Assembly (NCBI GenBank): GCA_038065255.1
Contig: JBBTRI010000006.1
Coordinates: 73,240-137,239, forward strand
Source: Patescibacteria group bacterium
GTDB lineage: Bacteria > Patescibacteriota > Patescibacteriia > JACQRZ01
DNA: 64,000 nt
Direction: 5' to 3'
Position numbers and translations under genes: made by a program
The notes under the pieces: generated by a model
Seen by the model: the letters and a program-made list of their open reading frames with translations, nothing else
What the model was told of the DNA's origin: nothing
Database searches by the model: none
Shown here: in pieces, positions 35,195 through 46,700 of the stretch
Layout of the letters: each line of letters starts with the position of its first letter
Position numbering within the stretch: position 1 is the stretch's first letter

Positions 35195-35355
35195 AGCAAT
35201 TGATACATCATCCACTTCGGGTACCCGCCTGTCAGGCACGAATATTTTTCGGCTGAAAAATTTCTTCGGCTCCTGCCGTCGCAGTCCGCAGATCCTTCCA
35301 TGCAGATACCCTTGTGGATATGTATTGTTAACTTCTTTTGTGATAACATTTTTAC

Positions 35356-36069
35356 ATGAAATTCCATCGATTTATCATAAAAAATGCTGATTTTTCCCAA
35401 AGCCCTTTTTCACTTGCGGATACAGAGCTTATTCACCAAATACTTAATGTATTAAAGTTAGGGGTAGGGGAGGAATGCATGCTTTCGGACGGCGCGCGCA
35501 ATGATGTGCGGTGCCGCATTGTTTCTTTGTCCAAAAAAGAATGCGTGTGTGAAATTATTGAGAAGACCTATAATGCAAACGAAACCGGAACCCATGGAGT
35601 ACTGTATTGTTCGTTATTAAAAAAAGAATTGTTTGAATTGGTTGTTCAAAAGGCAACAGAAGTCGGTATTAGCGAGATAGTGCCTATCACGAGCAGGCGA
35701 ACGGTACGATTGGGCCTTCCAAGCGGCGATAGGCTGACACGCATTATGAAAGAAGCATCAGAGCAATCCGGCCGCGGTGTTGTTCCGATATTGTGCGACA
35801 CATACTCATTCGAAGATGCAATTCTGCGAGCTGCTGACTCGAATAACGTCACATTTTTTTACCACCCTGCGGGTGCGCTTTTTTCCGACTGGAAAAAAGA
35901 AAACATTATTCCAAAACAAGCGAATATATTCATTGGTCCCGAAGGCGGCTGGGATAATGACGAAATACATGCTGCCCAAGAAAAAAATTTTTCCATCATC
36001 AGCCTTGGCGCAACTATCTTGCGTGCTGAAACCGCCGCGATTATAGGTAGCTATCTGGCAATTCATTAA
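35356..36069 (+). CDS. rsmE: 16S rRNA (uracil1498-N3)-methyltransferase RsmE
   Basis: PUA-like N-terminus, C-terminal IGPEGGW...ISLGATILRAETA SPOUT knot motif diagnostic of RsmE; next gene starts 1 nt after stop. Confidence 0.8.
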   Translation: MKFHRFIIKNADFSQSPFSLADTELIHQILNVLKLGVGEECMLSDGARNDVRCRIVSLSKKECVCEIIEKTYNANETGTHGVLYCSLLKKELFELVVQKATEVGISEIVPITSRRTVRLGLPSGDRLTRIMKEASEQSGRGVVPILCDTYSFEDAILRAADSNNVTFFYHPAGALFSDWKKENIIPKQANIFIGPEGGWDNDEIHAAQEKNFSIISLGATILRAETAAIIGSYLAIH

Positions 36070-36291
36070 ATGAAAATAACCGTAACGGTAAAAACAAAGG
36101 CGCGCGTTGAATTGGTGAAACAAATAGATGACACGCACTATGCCGTGTCGGTAAAAACACCGCCGGTTGAGGGAAAGGCGAATGAAGCCGTTATCCGTGC
36201 ATTAGCAGGCTCTATTGGCATTGCGCAGTCTCGCATTACCCTTGTAAAAGGTCACACAGCGAAACAAAAAGTGTTTGATATTTTGATTTGA
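36070..36291 (+). CDS. DUF167/YggU (UPF0235) family protein
   Basis: 73 aa; PPVEGKANEAVIRALA...ITLVKGHTAKQK matches DUF167 signature. Confidence 0.75.
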   Translation: MKITVTVKTKARVELVKQIDDTHYAVSVKTPPVEGKANEAVIRALAGSIGIAQSRITLVKGHTAKQKVFDILI

Positions 36292-36353
36292 AGTATGAAA
36301 AAAATATGGTACGTTTAAGCATCAAAGAAAAAGTCTATTAGAGATTCTGACAT

Positions 36354-36914
36354 ATGCTTCTTATTATCAGCTGGATTACGTTTGGTTTGTTAACACTAGT
36401 GCTTATCGGCATGACGCTCTATGTGCTTGGCCTTCTCATAAGTCCCTTATTTGGAGCGCCATTTGTGCCAAGCAGAAAGGCTTCAGTGGAAGATATGCTG
36501 CGCTTGGCGAATATCAAGCCCGGGCAGCGCTCAGCCGATCTTGGCTCGGGCGATGGACGTATTGTATGCGCTTTTGCGTCGCAAGGCGCTGATGCCGTTG
36601 GATATGAGATCAACCCCATGCTTGCATGGTATTCGCGTCTGAAGATGGGTAGAAAACGTTTTAGCGGTTCTGCGCAGGCAATTATTGGCGATTTTATGCA
36701 GCATGACCTTTCCGGTTATGATGTCATTACAGCCTATCTTATGCCGGCGTTTATGGTAAAGCTGGAGCCCAAGCTCTTGCGCGAGCTCAAGCCGGGCAGC
36801 CGCGTTGTATCAAACAGTTTTATATTTCCACATTGGAAACCCATAGCTCACGAAGGGCATGTGTATGTCTACGAAAAGACCCTCGATCAAGAAGTTTCAA
36901 ACAGCAATTCTTAG
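36354..36914 (+). CDS. Class I SAM-dependent methyltransferase with N-terminal transmembrane anchor
   Basis: TM helix (aa 1-35), motif I DLGSGDGRIV, acidic residue motif II (GYEIN). Confidence 0.65.
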   Translation: MLLIISWITFGLLTLVLIGMTLYVLGLLISPLFGAPFVPSRKASVEDMLRLANIKPGQRSADLGSGDGRIVCAFASQGADAVGYEINPMLAWYSRLKMGRKRFSGSAQAIIGDFMQHDLSGYDVITAYLMPAFMVKLEPKLLRELKPGSRVVSNSFIFPHWKPIAHEGHVYVYEKTLDQEVSNSNS

Positions 36915-37707
36915 CTGGTACCAGAAAAACGGCCGGCATGGCTTACCATGGCGCGCAACGAGAGACCCCTATAGGATACTGGTTTCCGAAATCATGCTGC
37001 AACAGACGCAAGTAGACCGAGTTATAGAGAAATATACCGAATTTTTAGGCGCATTTCCTACGATCAAAAAACTTGCCAATGCACCCGTGCATGATCTTTT
37101 GCGTATATGGAAGGGGCTCGGATATAACCGCAGAGCGCTCAATGTGCAAAAATGTGTCCAAAAGATACTAAGCGAGTATAAAGGCTGCTTCCCTTCGAGC
37201 GTTGAAGATATCGAACAACTGCCGGGCGTAGGCCCCTATACTGCTCGGGCCGTGGCCACCTTTGCATTCAATCAGCCCCACGCGCTTATCGAGACCAATA
37301 TCAGACGTATTTTTATACACTTCTTTTTTTTGGATAGGGAAGGAGTTTCTGATGCTGAGATAATGCCGTTTGTCCAAAAAGCGCTATGGAAAAAAGACCC
37401 TCACGCATGGTATAGCGCATTGATGGATTATGGCGCTTTGGCAATGAAAGATGTTCCAAATCCAAATAAAAAAAGCAGGCACTACTCAAAGCAATCGCGA
37501 TTTGAAGGTTCCCGGCGGTATGCTCGGGCAAAAATACTGGATTACATTCTCCTACACGCAAAAGCATCATCGAGCGATTTAATACTGTTATGCAGGAGTA
37601 ACAACTATCTAAAATCGTTTGAAAGTACGATTTTGGACATTCTTAACACTCTTGTATCAGAAGGATTTATCATTCAAAAAGGCAGATATTGGCGAATTAA
37701 AAAATAA
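36859..37707 (+). CDS. HhH-GPD base-excision DNA glycosylase of MutY/EndoIII lineage, lacking Fe-S cluster cysteines
   Basis: WYQKNGRHGLPWR.TRDPYRILVSEIMLQQTQV (MutY N-term), helix-hairpin-helix LPGVGPYTARAV; no Cys-X6-C-X2-C-X5-C after MDYGALA; overlaps upstream gene by ~55 nt. Confidence 0.7.
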   Translation: MCMSTKRPSIKKFQTAILSWYQKNGRHGLPWRATRDPYRILVSEIMLQQTQVDRVIEKYTEFLGAFPTIKKLANAPVHDLLRIWKGLGYNRRALNVQKCVQKILSEYKGCFPSSVEDIEQLPGVGPYTARAVATFAFNQPHALIETNIRRIFIHFFFLDREGVSDAEIMPFVQKALWKKDPHAWYSALMDYGALAMKDVPNPNKKSRHYSKQSRFEGSRRYARAKILDYILLHAKASSSDLILLCRSNNYLKSFESTILDILNTLVSEGFIIQKGRYWRIKK

Positions 37708-37758
37708 CTCAAAACTTATCCACATTATGAGTGAATTATTCTTTCGCAAAAGGTGCTA

Positions 37759-37790
37759 AGATATATGCACCTAACTTTTTTAAAAGCTCT
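37759..37790 (+). terminator. Rho-independent terminator (AGGTGC-loop-GCACCT + AACTTTTTT)
   Basis: 6-bp stem with 10-nt AT loop then T-run, ~50 nt after glycosylase stop and directly before giant gene. Confidence 0.5.
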
Positions 37791-37798
37791 CTTTTTCT

Positions 37799-40700
37799 AT
37801 GAAGCACTATTTTAATCGTAGTTTTTCACCTATGAATGTTCGGATAACACTCAAGAAGTTTCTTACGCAAATAACGGCTGTTGCTGTTATTTTTTGGTCT
37901 TTAGGGCCGGCATCGTTTCTGAATCCGCTCTCTGCTGATGCTGCCGTATCGACGCTTACTGCTACAGCCATTGCAAGCAGAAATCAAGTATTAGGCACTT
38001 CTGCTCCGGCAACAGCTGTACTCGGATTGAACGCTGTTCAGAGCGCGGGCGAGCAACTATCACAGGTGGTTGTGTCAATTAATCCCACAGGCACTATTGC
38101 TCCATCGGATTTTGCAGCACTTGCTACGGATGCCACCTCCGGTGTTGCGCTGTACGCCGATAATGCCGGTGGCGGCACTCAAGGAGTATTTGATGCTACT
38201 GACACTGCTGTGCCACTTGCGGCTGCGCCCTCTTTTAATACTAATAGCCAATTGGTACGTTTGACACCAACCGCATTTTCTGCGACAGCTTCTACCGATA
38301 ATTCCTATGCATTGACAGATGGCGATGTTGTTTTTACTCGGACATCCACCGAACAGAGTTATGCATGGCACGTAGTAAAGGTTGGCAATGGCGGGACGGG
38401 CGGCATGACAAATCAAGCGGTTCGTTTTGAAAATACGGCAACCCTCCCTCTGATCGTTAATAGCGGAGTCCTTTCGAAATTTACTCCGGAAGCAACAGGG
38501 AACTTCACGATCAATGGTACGGCGAATACAACAGTATTTTCAAGCGGAGCAACTCCAGCCCTGTCAACCGGTGATATTGTCCTCTATTCAGGCGGTACGA
38601 CACTTTCCCGCTGGGGCATGGTGAGTGGTGCGTTTACAGCTACTAATGCTCCTGTTGACGGACAAAATTTGGCGAATGAGACCTATCGCATGAGTCGTGC
38701 TGCAGGCGTTACCGGCAGCTACTCAGTTGGGCCAAATGGAGCTGTTACGGTAACCGGCGCATTGAATACCGCACCTCTAACCGCTGGCGACATGGTGCTC
38801 TACCGAGATACGGCAACAACAAGCCAGGCGCAATGGGGTGTTGTGACAAATGCAACCCTTACGAGCGGCATCTTTGCAATAGATGGCGTACCCTTGGCGC
38901 CAGGGACAACAGCAACGCCAAAAGTCTATCAGATCACCAAGTTGAATGCCTACGTTAATGCAACAAAACTTTTAACAACAAATGCAGATACAAATGTAAC
39001 TGCAGGTACGGTTGCCTATACGCTTCTTACGTCAAATACCGACTTTAATGGTGCTGCCGTTGCGCGAAATACTGCCAACTGGCACGTTGTAACGACAGCC
39101 GGCAATACAGTAAACGGCGATGCAAATCTTCGATTGAAATTTAATAGCAGCACTTCTGTTCCGACATTTGGAAATCCCGCTCCGTTGCGCGTTACTTTGG
39201 CGGCAAATGCGCTTCAGGCGATACCGGCAAATGATACGGATGCAGACAAGGTGGGACCAGACTTTTTTGTGGTGGTAAAGGGCGCAGCAACACCAGTGGC
39301 AAATAATGGGTTTACTGCTTCGATTTCTTCAACCTATTTTAGCACCGCGATAGCCGCTATTCCGGCAGTGGTTACTCCAACCTATACATTCTCACCCACG
39401 CCTGTTACCACTTCGGCTCAAGCCGCCCAGCAACTAACTTCAAACACAACACTGTTACCTGCAAGCGAAACATTCTATGCGTTAAAACTCAACCTTTCCC
39501 AATCGAATCAACCCAATGTTCGTGCAATGCGCGTGGTGGTCAATCCGTCGGGGGCGGGGTCTATCAATGACTTGGCGCCAATTACTGATGATGCAACATC
39601 CGGCATTACCCTTCTTAAAGATGATAAATCAAACGGCATGGGAAGAGGTGCCCCGGATGCCACAGATACTTTTGTCGGCAATACATTTGATCTTGGCGGA
39701 CGTTCACAATTCAACAGCACTCAATTGGTCAAAGTAACTCCAAGCTTAACAGCGACTGACAATGGCAATGCTGCCGAGGGGATGCTTGCTGTTGTTGTTG
39801 GCGATGCGGTATTTGCGCGAGTTGGTGCCGGTTCGTATATGTGGCATATGGTGACAACTGCCGGTAATCTGTCTTCCGATGCTACTACCGAAGGCACGGC
39901 TGGTCTTGACGGTTTAAGTGCGGCAAATTCTCTTGTTGCCGCAGGCAGTCAAATGAATAAACTCAATCCCCAAAACGGTACGGGAACTCTTACGGTCGGT
40001 GGTGAGGTGAATCTTACAACGCTTAATTTTGCAGCAAATGATATCATTTTTTATCAGGGAGGTATGGGTGCTCCAAAGTGGGATATTGTTACCTCGGCAA
40101 CCGCGGCAGATATTGTAACGCTTGGCACTCCCCTCCAAAATGGAAACTATCGGGTAAGTAAGTTTACACCGGACGCAAATCGCACCGCCTATGGCATCGG
40201 CGATATTGTACTGTACCAGAACAATTCAACATTTGCCGGCGATACAAAATTCGCAATCATTACCGGTTTTGATCGCGATAATGCCGATGCGGTTATTGGC
40301 TATACGCTTTCTACCGGTGAGACTGTGCCACTTGCACGCCTTATCAAATTCACCGGCTTTGGCCAAGTAAGTAAGGATGTTGGTGCGACTGATTATGCAT
40401 TGATCGACGGTGATTTGGTTTTGGGTATGCCAACACTCAATCCTATGACATCAACAACCGATTGGCATGTTGTCACAACACCAAATGGCGGTGCGCTTGG
40501 CATGAACAATGCCATCCGCCTCAATGATATTGGCGCAGGGGAACCTCGCTTTAATGGCACTGTTGTTATGTTGACCCCGGGAGCTGTGAGTGCGGTATTA
40601 CCGGATGATGCAGGCAACAACGCGCAATCAGATTATTTCATCGGTGTTCGAACGTCGCGCATGGCGGCAAATGGCAATGCATTTACTGTTAGCATTCCTT

Positions 40701-43700
40701 CCGACTCGCTTGTTCTTAATCACTCCACACTTGGCACAACAACGCCACTTGCTACTCTTGCAACGTCTGTGGTGTTTACTGTTTCGACAACATCGTCGTT
40801 GACCACGAATGCTGCTGCAAATATTGCGGGTGGTCCTGCAACGATCAATGTCTCAAGCAATCCAACGGCAGTTTTTGGCTTGAATACTGTTTCCACCGGC
40901 GGCGAACTGGTCAGAAAAGTAGGTGTCACGGTCAATCCTGGCACCGGATTTATCATGAGCGAACTCAATGCACTGGGTACCAATGCGCAGTCCGGTATTG
41001 CTTTGTATGAAGATAATAAAGTTTCCGGCTCGAGCTTTGGTACGTTTAATGCCACTGATGATGCCGTAGTGGCACTTTCGTCAATTACATCCGTTCAGCA
41101 GGGTCCCCGCCTTACCACATTAGCCCCATCATCTCAAGCACTTGCAACAGCTGCAATGACGCTTACCGCAGGCGATGCTCTTTTTACCCACATCACCGGT
41201 AATGGCGCACCGACCAATACATATGGCTGGCACATGGTAACTACAAGCGGCACGGCAGCTACCGCACCTTCCGGAGACGGCGCTCTACGCCTCGACGGCG
41301 CAGGAGCGGCGCCAACGTTTGTCGGCGGTGCCCATGTATCGCGATTGAGTGCGAGAACAACCGGTTCCTATGTCATTAACGGCAGAACCAATACGATTCC
41401 TTCCGCATTGAAACTCGGAGATATTATCCTCTATCAGACAGGAACAACAGCAGCGCGTTGGGGTGTTGTATCTCAGAATTTTGATGCCGGTAATGCAGTC
41501 GTAGATGGCGTACAGTTGGCAAGCGGAACGTATCGCATCGGCAAATTCTCACCGCAATTTTCCCAAAGTACCGCACGCATTGGTTTTCAGCAAGGCAGCC
41601 AATACACGTCATTCTCAACTATTAATTGGACACAGATGCAGGCAGGCGATCTTGTGTTGTATCAAACAGGAACAGAGCCAGCGAAGTGGGGCATTGTCAC
41701 CAATGCGTCCACAACCGGAGGCACCTTTGCTATCAATGGCGCTCCGCTTACGGTGGGAAATGGCTACAACAAGACCTATCGGTTCTCGAAACTTGATTCC
41801 ACATTAACGCAAGCAGCTTTGGCATTTAGTGATGGTACGCAGACAACTGCAGGAACCCTCACCTTTGCGCTTGCAACATCGAATGCGCAAAGTCCTACAG
41901 CATTTGACTGGCATGCCATCACAACTGCCGGAGCTATCAATGGTTCAGCAATTCGTTTCGATGGCAATGGCGCCGCCGCCCCTCTCTATGGTACGAGGGT
42001 TACTATGATTCCGACTGAAGCAACCGCTCCATTTTTCCCAACTGATAACAATGTCAATAATGCAGGCAGCGATTTCTATGTTGTGGCGCGCACTTCCTCA
42101 ACGGCAGTGGCAAACGATAGCTTTTCTCTCACTATAGCCCCGGGAGATGTGGGTACCACGCTACATGAGCCGTTGGCAACACCCACACCGCAGACAAGCC
42201 CTGTATACACCGTATCTTCAGCGCCGGTAGCACCCCCGGCAGCGGTAGCGGCGACAGCAGCTATTCCCGTAGCGGATTTCCCTGTCGTTTTGAAAGGCAC
42301 CAGTGCATACTTGCCACTGTTTCGTGTTCGTTTTGGAACGAATGAGAATACCAAAAACTTTACCTCGGTAAAAGTACAACTCTCACCGCTTGGGGGTACG
42401 CCGACATGGACAACTGCGGCTATTACATCTTCGGATTTGGCTGATTTGGCAACCGATCCTTCCAGTGGCATTACTCTTTGGAAAGATGAAGGCGATTTGA
42501 ACTTCGATACCAATACTCCCGTTGCATTGGCTGCGAGCCCTTCCTATGCTGCTTCTGATCTGGCAACTGCAGGAGCTCGATCATTCACATTGACGCTTGC
42601 AACACCTCAAGCAATTGTATCCGGAGACGCATACTTTATTGCAGTAAGGACAAAAGCAGCTCCGCAAAATGGAAACACGTTTTCTGCCTTTCTATTACCC
42701 GCTGGTATTACTACAAGCGCCACATCTCCGACATTGAGCACAACGGTTCGTCGCGATGCAGTCATAGATAGCACAGTGCCCACCATACAATTAATCGTCG
42801 GTCAACCGGGCACAAATTCACTGGAAGTCACTTTTAGCGAATCAGTTCAAAAAGTGAATAATGGCCCGCTTTCCTTTGTAAGTTCGTCAGATCCGTTTAC
42901 CTTTGTCGACGGAGGCGGTACTGCTCAACAAATCACCAGTATTGAGCGTCGCTCAGATACCGTTTATACACTCACGATGAACGGCAATCTTACCGATGAA
43001 GATTTTGACGGCAGCCCGGCAACATTAGCCGCTACAGCAAATAAAATTTCAGATTTTGCGGGTAATGTCATGGGTACTACGGCATCGAATCTTGCCAATA
43101 CCATGCGAATCACAACTTCTACATTGCCAAATACAGCGGCGGGACAAGCGTATGGACCCGTGACGCTTCAGGCAACCGGAGGTACTCAACCGTACGGCTG
43201 GTCTCCTTTGGGAAGTGCTGATGCAACAACTCTTACAAACCTAGGGCTTACTCTTACGGCAAATACCGGTATTATTTCCGGTACGGTGCCGGCGCAGGCA
43301 TCAGGTTCGAATACCATTACCATTAAACTCCGCGATAAGGCATTTACGGCAACGGTTCTCACGGGCGCAGCAGGAGCAAATCCGTGGACATACCAACGAG
43401 GCGGTTATGTGCCGGCCGTGGGTGACGTTGTGTTTTATCGTAATGTTACCGATGCTCCAACGGCCATGAACTGGGGTATTGTGACAACTGCACCCACAGA
43501 TGCTACACGTACAAATCAAAACACCTTCCGTCTTAATGGCGCGCTCCTCCTTGCCCAAAAAACCTATCAGATGACGCAATTTAGAGGAGGTTCATCTCCT
43601 GAAACAAGTGCGATTGCAGCAAATGGTAATTTCGTCCAAGGACTTAACTTGCGTATTGGCGATCTGGTATTCTATCCAACCAATGCAGCCACAACAACGT

Positions 43701-46700
43701 ATGATTGGGGTATGGTATCAATTGCGGAAAATATTACCGCAAATAATCCGGCAACAATACTGCGTGTGAATGGCAGTGCATTGCCTGCGTATTCAGCAAC
43801 AGGACAAGTACATCTTGTTCGAGCAAGTAATCCTGGGTTCTATTCAGATACTGCTCTTGTAAGGGTGAATAACGGAGCAGTATGGACAATTGACGGTGGC
43901 GCATATACTCCATCAAGCGGTCAGCAAGTTATCTATCGAAATGTTACCGATGCCCCAACAGTCATTCTGCATGGGATTATTACTGCTGCTGCCAATACCA
44001 ACCAAGAAAATTTCAGAATCAATGGCCAGACGCTTCTTGCCACCAAGCAATACCAGATATCCAATCTCAGTACATTAAATTTCACTTCGCAATCAATAGT
44101 CGGCACCAACCAGTCAAATTTTGAACTCGTTGAACGTGATGGCGATATTATGTTCTTGCCAACGCAGAGCAATGGCACGGTGTACAATTGGGCGATGGTG
44201 ACCGGAGGCGATGCGACTATTCCTGCAAATACCAACATCACCGGTCTTAAGCTGAACGGCAGCGCGGTGGATATGGCATGGACCAATGAAGCAGGTGGAA
44301 ATCTTATTGCCAATGCATCCCCTCCTGCAACAAGCGTAACGCGAACATTTACGGTCAATACTCCAGGTGCTGGTGGGTTTATCGCAGGCATTGATCGAGT
44401 GGAACCAAATGTTGGTATCGTCAATACAGTGCGGGATGTGACAGTGACCGGCATAAGCACGTCATTTGCCGCAACTAGCAACATAGAATTGCTTGACGGA
44501 TCAAATAATGTCATTTCCACCGAAGGGGCTGCTTCGGCAACCAATATCCAGGTCTCACAAAAGGCATCAACAGGCGCAACCAACCTCTCATTCCGCCTTA
44601 CAATAGGAGCACAAGTACCTCAGGTTTCGTATCAGTTGCGCATCACTACCGGCAATCAGGTTGTATCAGGGCCAAATGCGTTTACGGTCAGTGCCGCAGT
44701 TGTCGGGCTGAACCCCCTATCACCGCCGAATAATGCGACAAATGTTCCAATCCCTCCGCAGTTCTCATTTTCTCCAAGTGCGGATCAGACTGTTCTGAGC
44801 TACCGTCTCATTGTCCATACGCGGAATGACTTTAATGACAGCATATCGGGTGGATATACTCTGTGGGATTATGCCTTCCCGAAGGTTGCTCCAAGCGGCA
44901 TTCCCGGTCATTGTTTTGTCGACCAGTGTTCCGTTCAATACGGGGAGTCGCGTTTCCGCAACATCCAAGCTGCAAATTTCGATCCAAGCAGTGCCAATAC
45001 ACCTTCACGCCCGGCCCCGCTAAGCCCCAATACCGTGTATTATTGGAAAATACTTGCGTATAAAATTGCCCATTCGGACGCAACCATAGGCGCATCGAGT
45101 GAGAATCTTGGCGATACCAACAGAGTGCCGGAATCCAAACCGGACGGCGGTATTGGCAGAGCATTTACGACGACAGCGACCATAGCTGACAATGAAGCTC
45201 CGGATATTCAGTTTGCAGCACCTCAAAAAGCAACCGCATCAGCCGATCTCAACATGTTTGCTCGCGTATTTGATCGTGTTGCCCGTCCCACCGGAACTCC
45301 GGCGCTTACAGCACGAGTCCTCTACTGTAATAACGCAGCAAACTGCACACCGACCACATCAGCAAATGCTACCCATGTTGGTTCGAATTACTTTAAGTTT
45401 ACTATTCCTGCAGCAACAGTTGGTGTAGCAACCACAGTGACGCGATTCTATATCGATGCAAGCGACGGTCCAAACACAACATCAACGGGCACTGCAGCAT
45501 CACCCCTGAGCGTGACTGCCGTTGCAGCCGGATCAGGAGTGATTAGCGGTACTGTGAAAAAAGCGGACGGCACCTGTGATGCGACCATTCGCCAGGCGAC
45601 TCTATTTATGGAAGGAACCGGTTTCAATGCCACAAGTTCCAATGATGCAGCATGTTCATTTGCTTTGAACGGTCTTACTGCAGGAGGTTCTGTGTGGGCT
45701 GTTAAAGAAGGGTTTGAGCCACAGCCATTCACTTTTTCGCTCGGTAAAACCGGTGCTGATATCCGTATGCCCTTTAACCAGGGAGGTGGATTCATTGGCG
45801 GAGGCGGTTCTACGGGCAATCCACGTGTCATGCATCACTTCCCCGGCCCGGACTCTCAGGCTCCATCCACTGCACCAATTGATATCTTCTTTGATCGTGA
45901 GATGGATTTCGGCACTATCAGCAGCACTAATATGACCGTAAATGAAGAATTAAACGGTGTTTTTACTGATATTACCAACCGTGGATCATGGACATATACC
46001 GATGCAGCCGATCCAAACAATTCTCTTGTCACCATGCATCGCGCAAATTGGACGCTTACCGGACAAAACACACTTGGTACGGGTAAGAAAATTGTTGTCG
46101 TACTATCAAGCGCCGTGAAAGCTCAAGGCGTATCCATTGAAACACCTGACAGCCATAGCTTCCAAAGTGTTAAAAAGTTTAGTTTCTTTACGAGTTCGTT
46201 TACCGCCAATCAGTGTGATTTTGCTGCCGGCACGTGCAATGGTACGGCAATTGCTCCCGACCTTATTCCACGCGTGATGAACTTCCCGCTTCCGCCTGAT
46301 ATTTTCAGAGTTCCAACCAACACGCCTCTCAGTGTGAATTTCAGCGTGGATATGAAAGATAACAGCGAAACGTATAACCTCATCAACTCCGTTCGTCTCT
46401 ATCAGATTATTAACGGACAGCCAAGCGATATTACATCAACGGCTATTCAGTCTGTTTCGCTAGACAGTACAAATAAAAAGCGCGCTCTCATCACGCTTAA
46501 AAACACCTTCAATAGCGGCGCTCTCGGTGTAAATACACAGTATGAGGTTAGAGTGCTCGCTGCCGCGACTGCGTTAAGCGGCTCAACAGTGGGACAGGAT
46601 TTCACCTCGCCGCGCTTTACAACCGGTACGGGTACAGATACGGGAGCCCCAACTATTGTCAATCCGGCAGCCGGTGCGCAGATGCAATTCTCGCCGTTCA

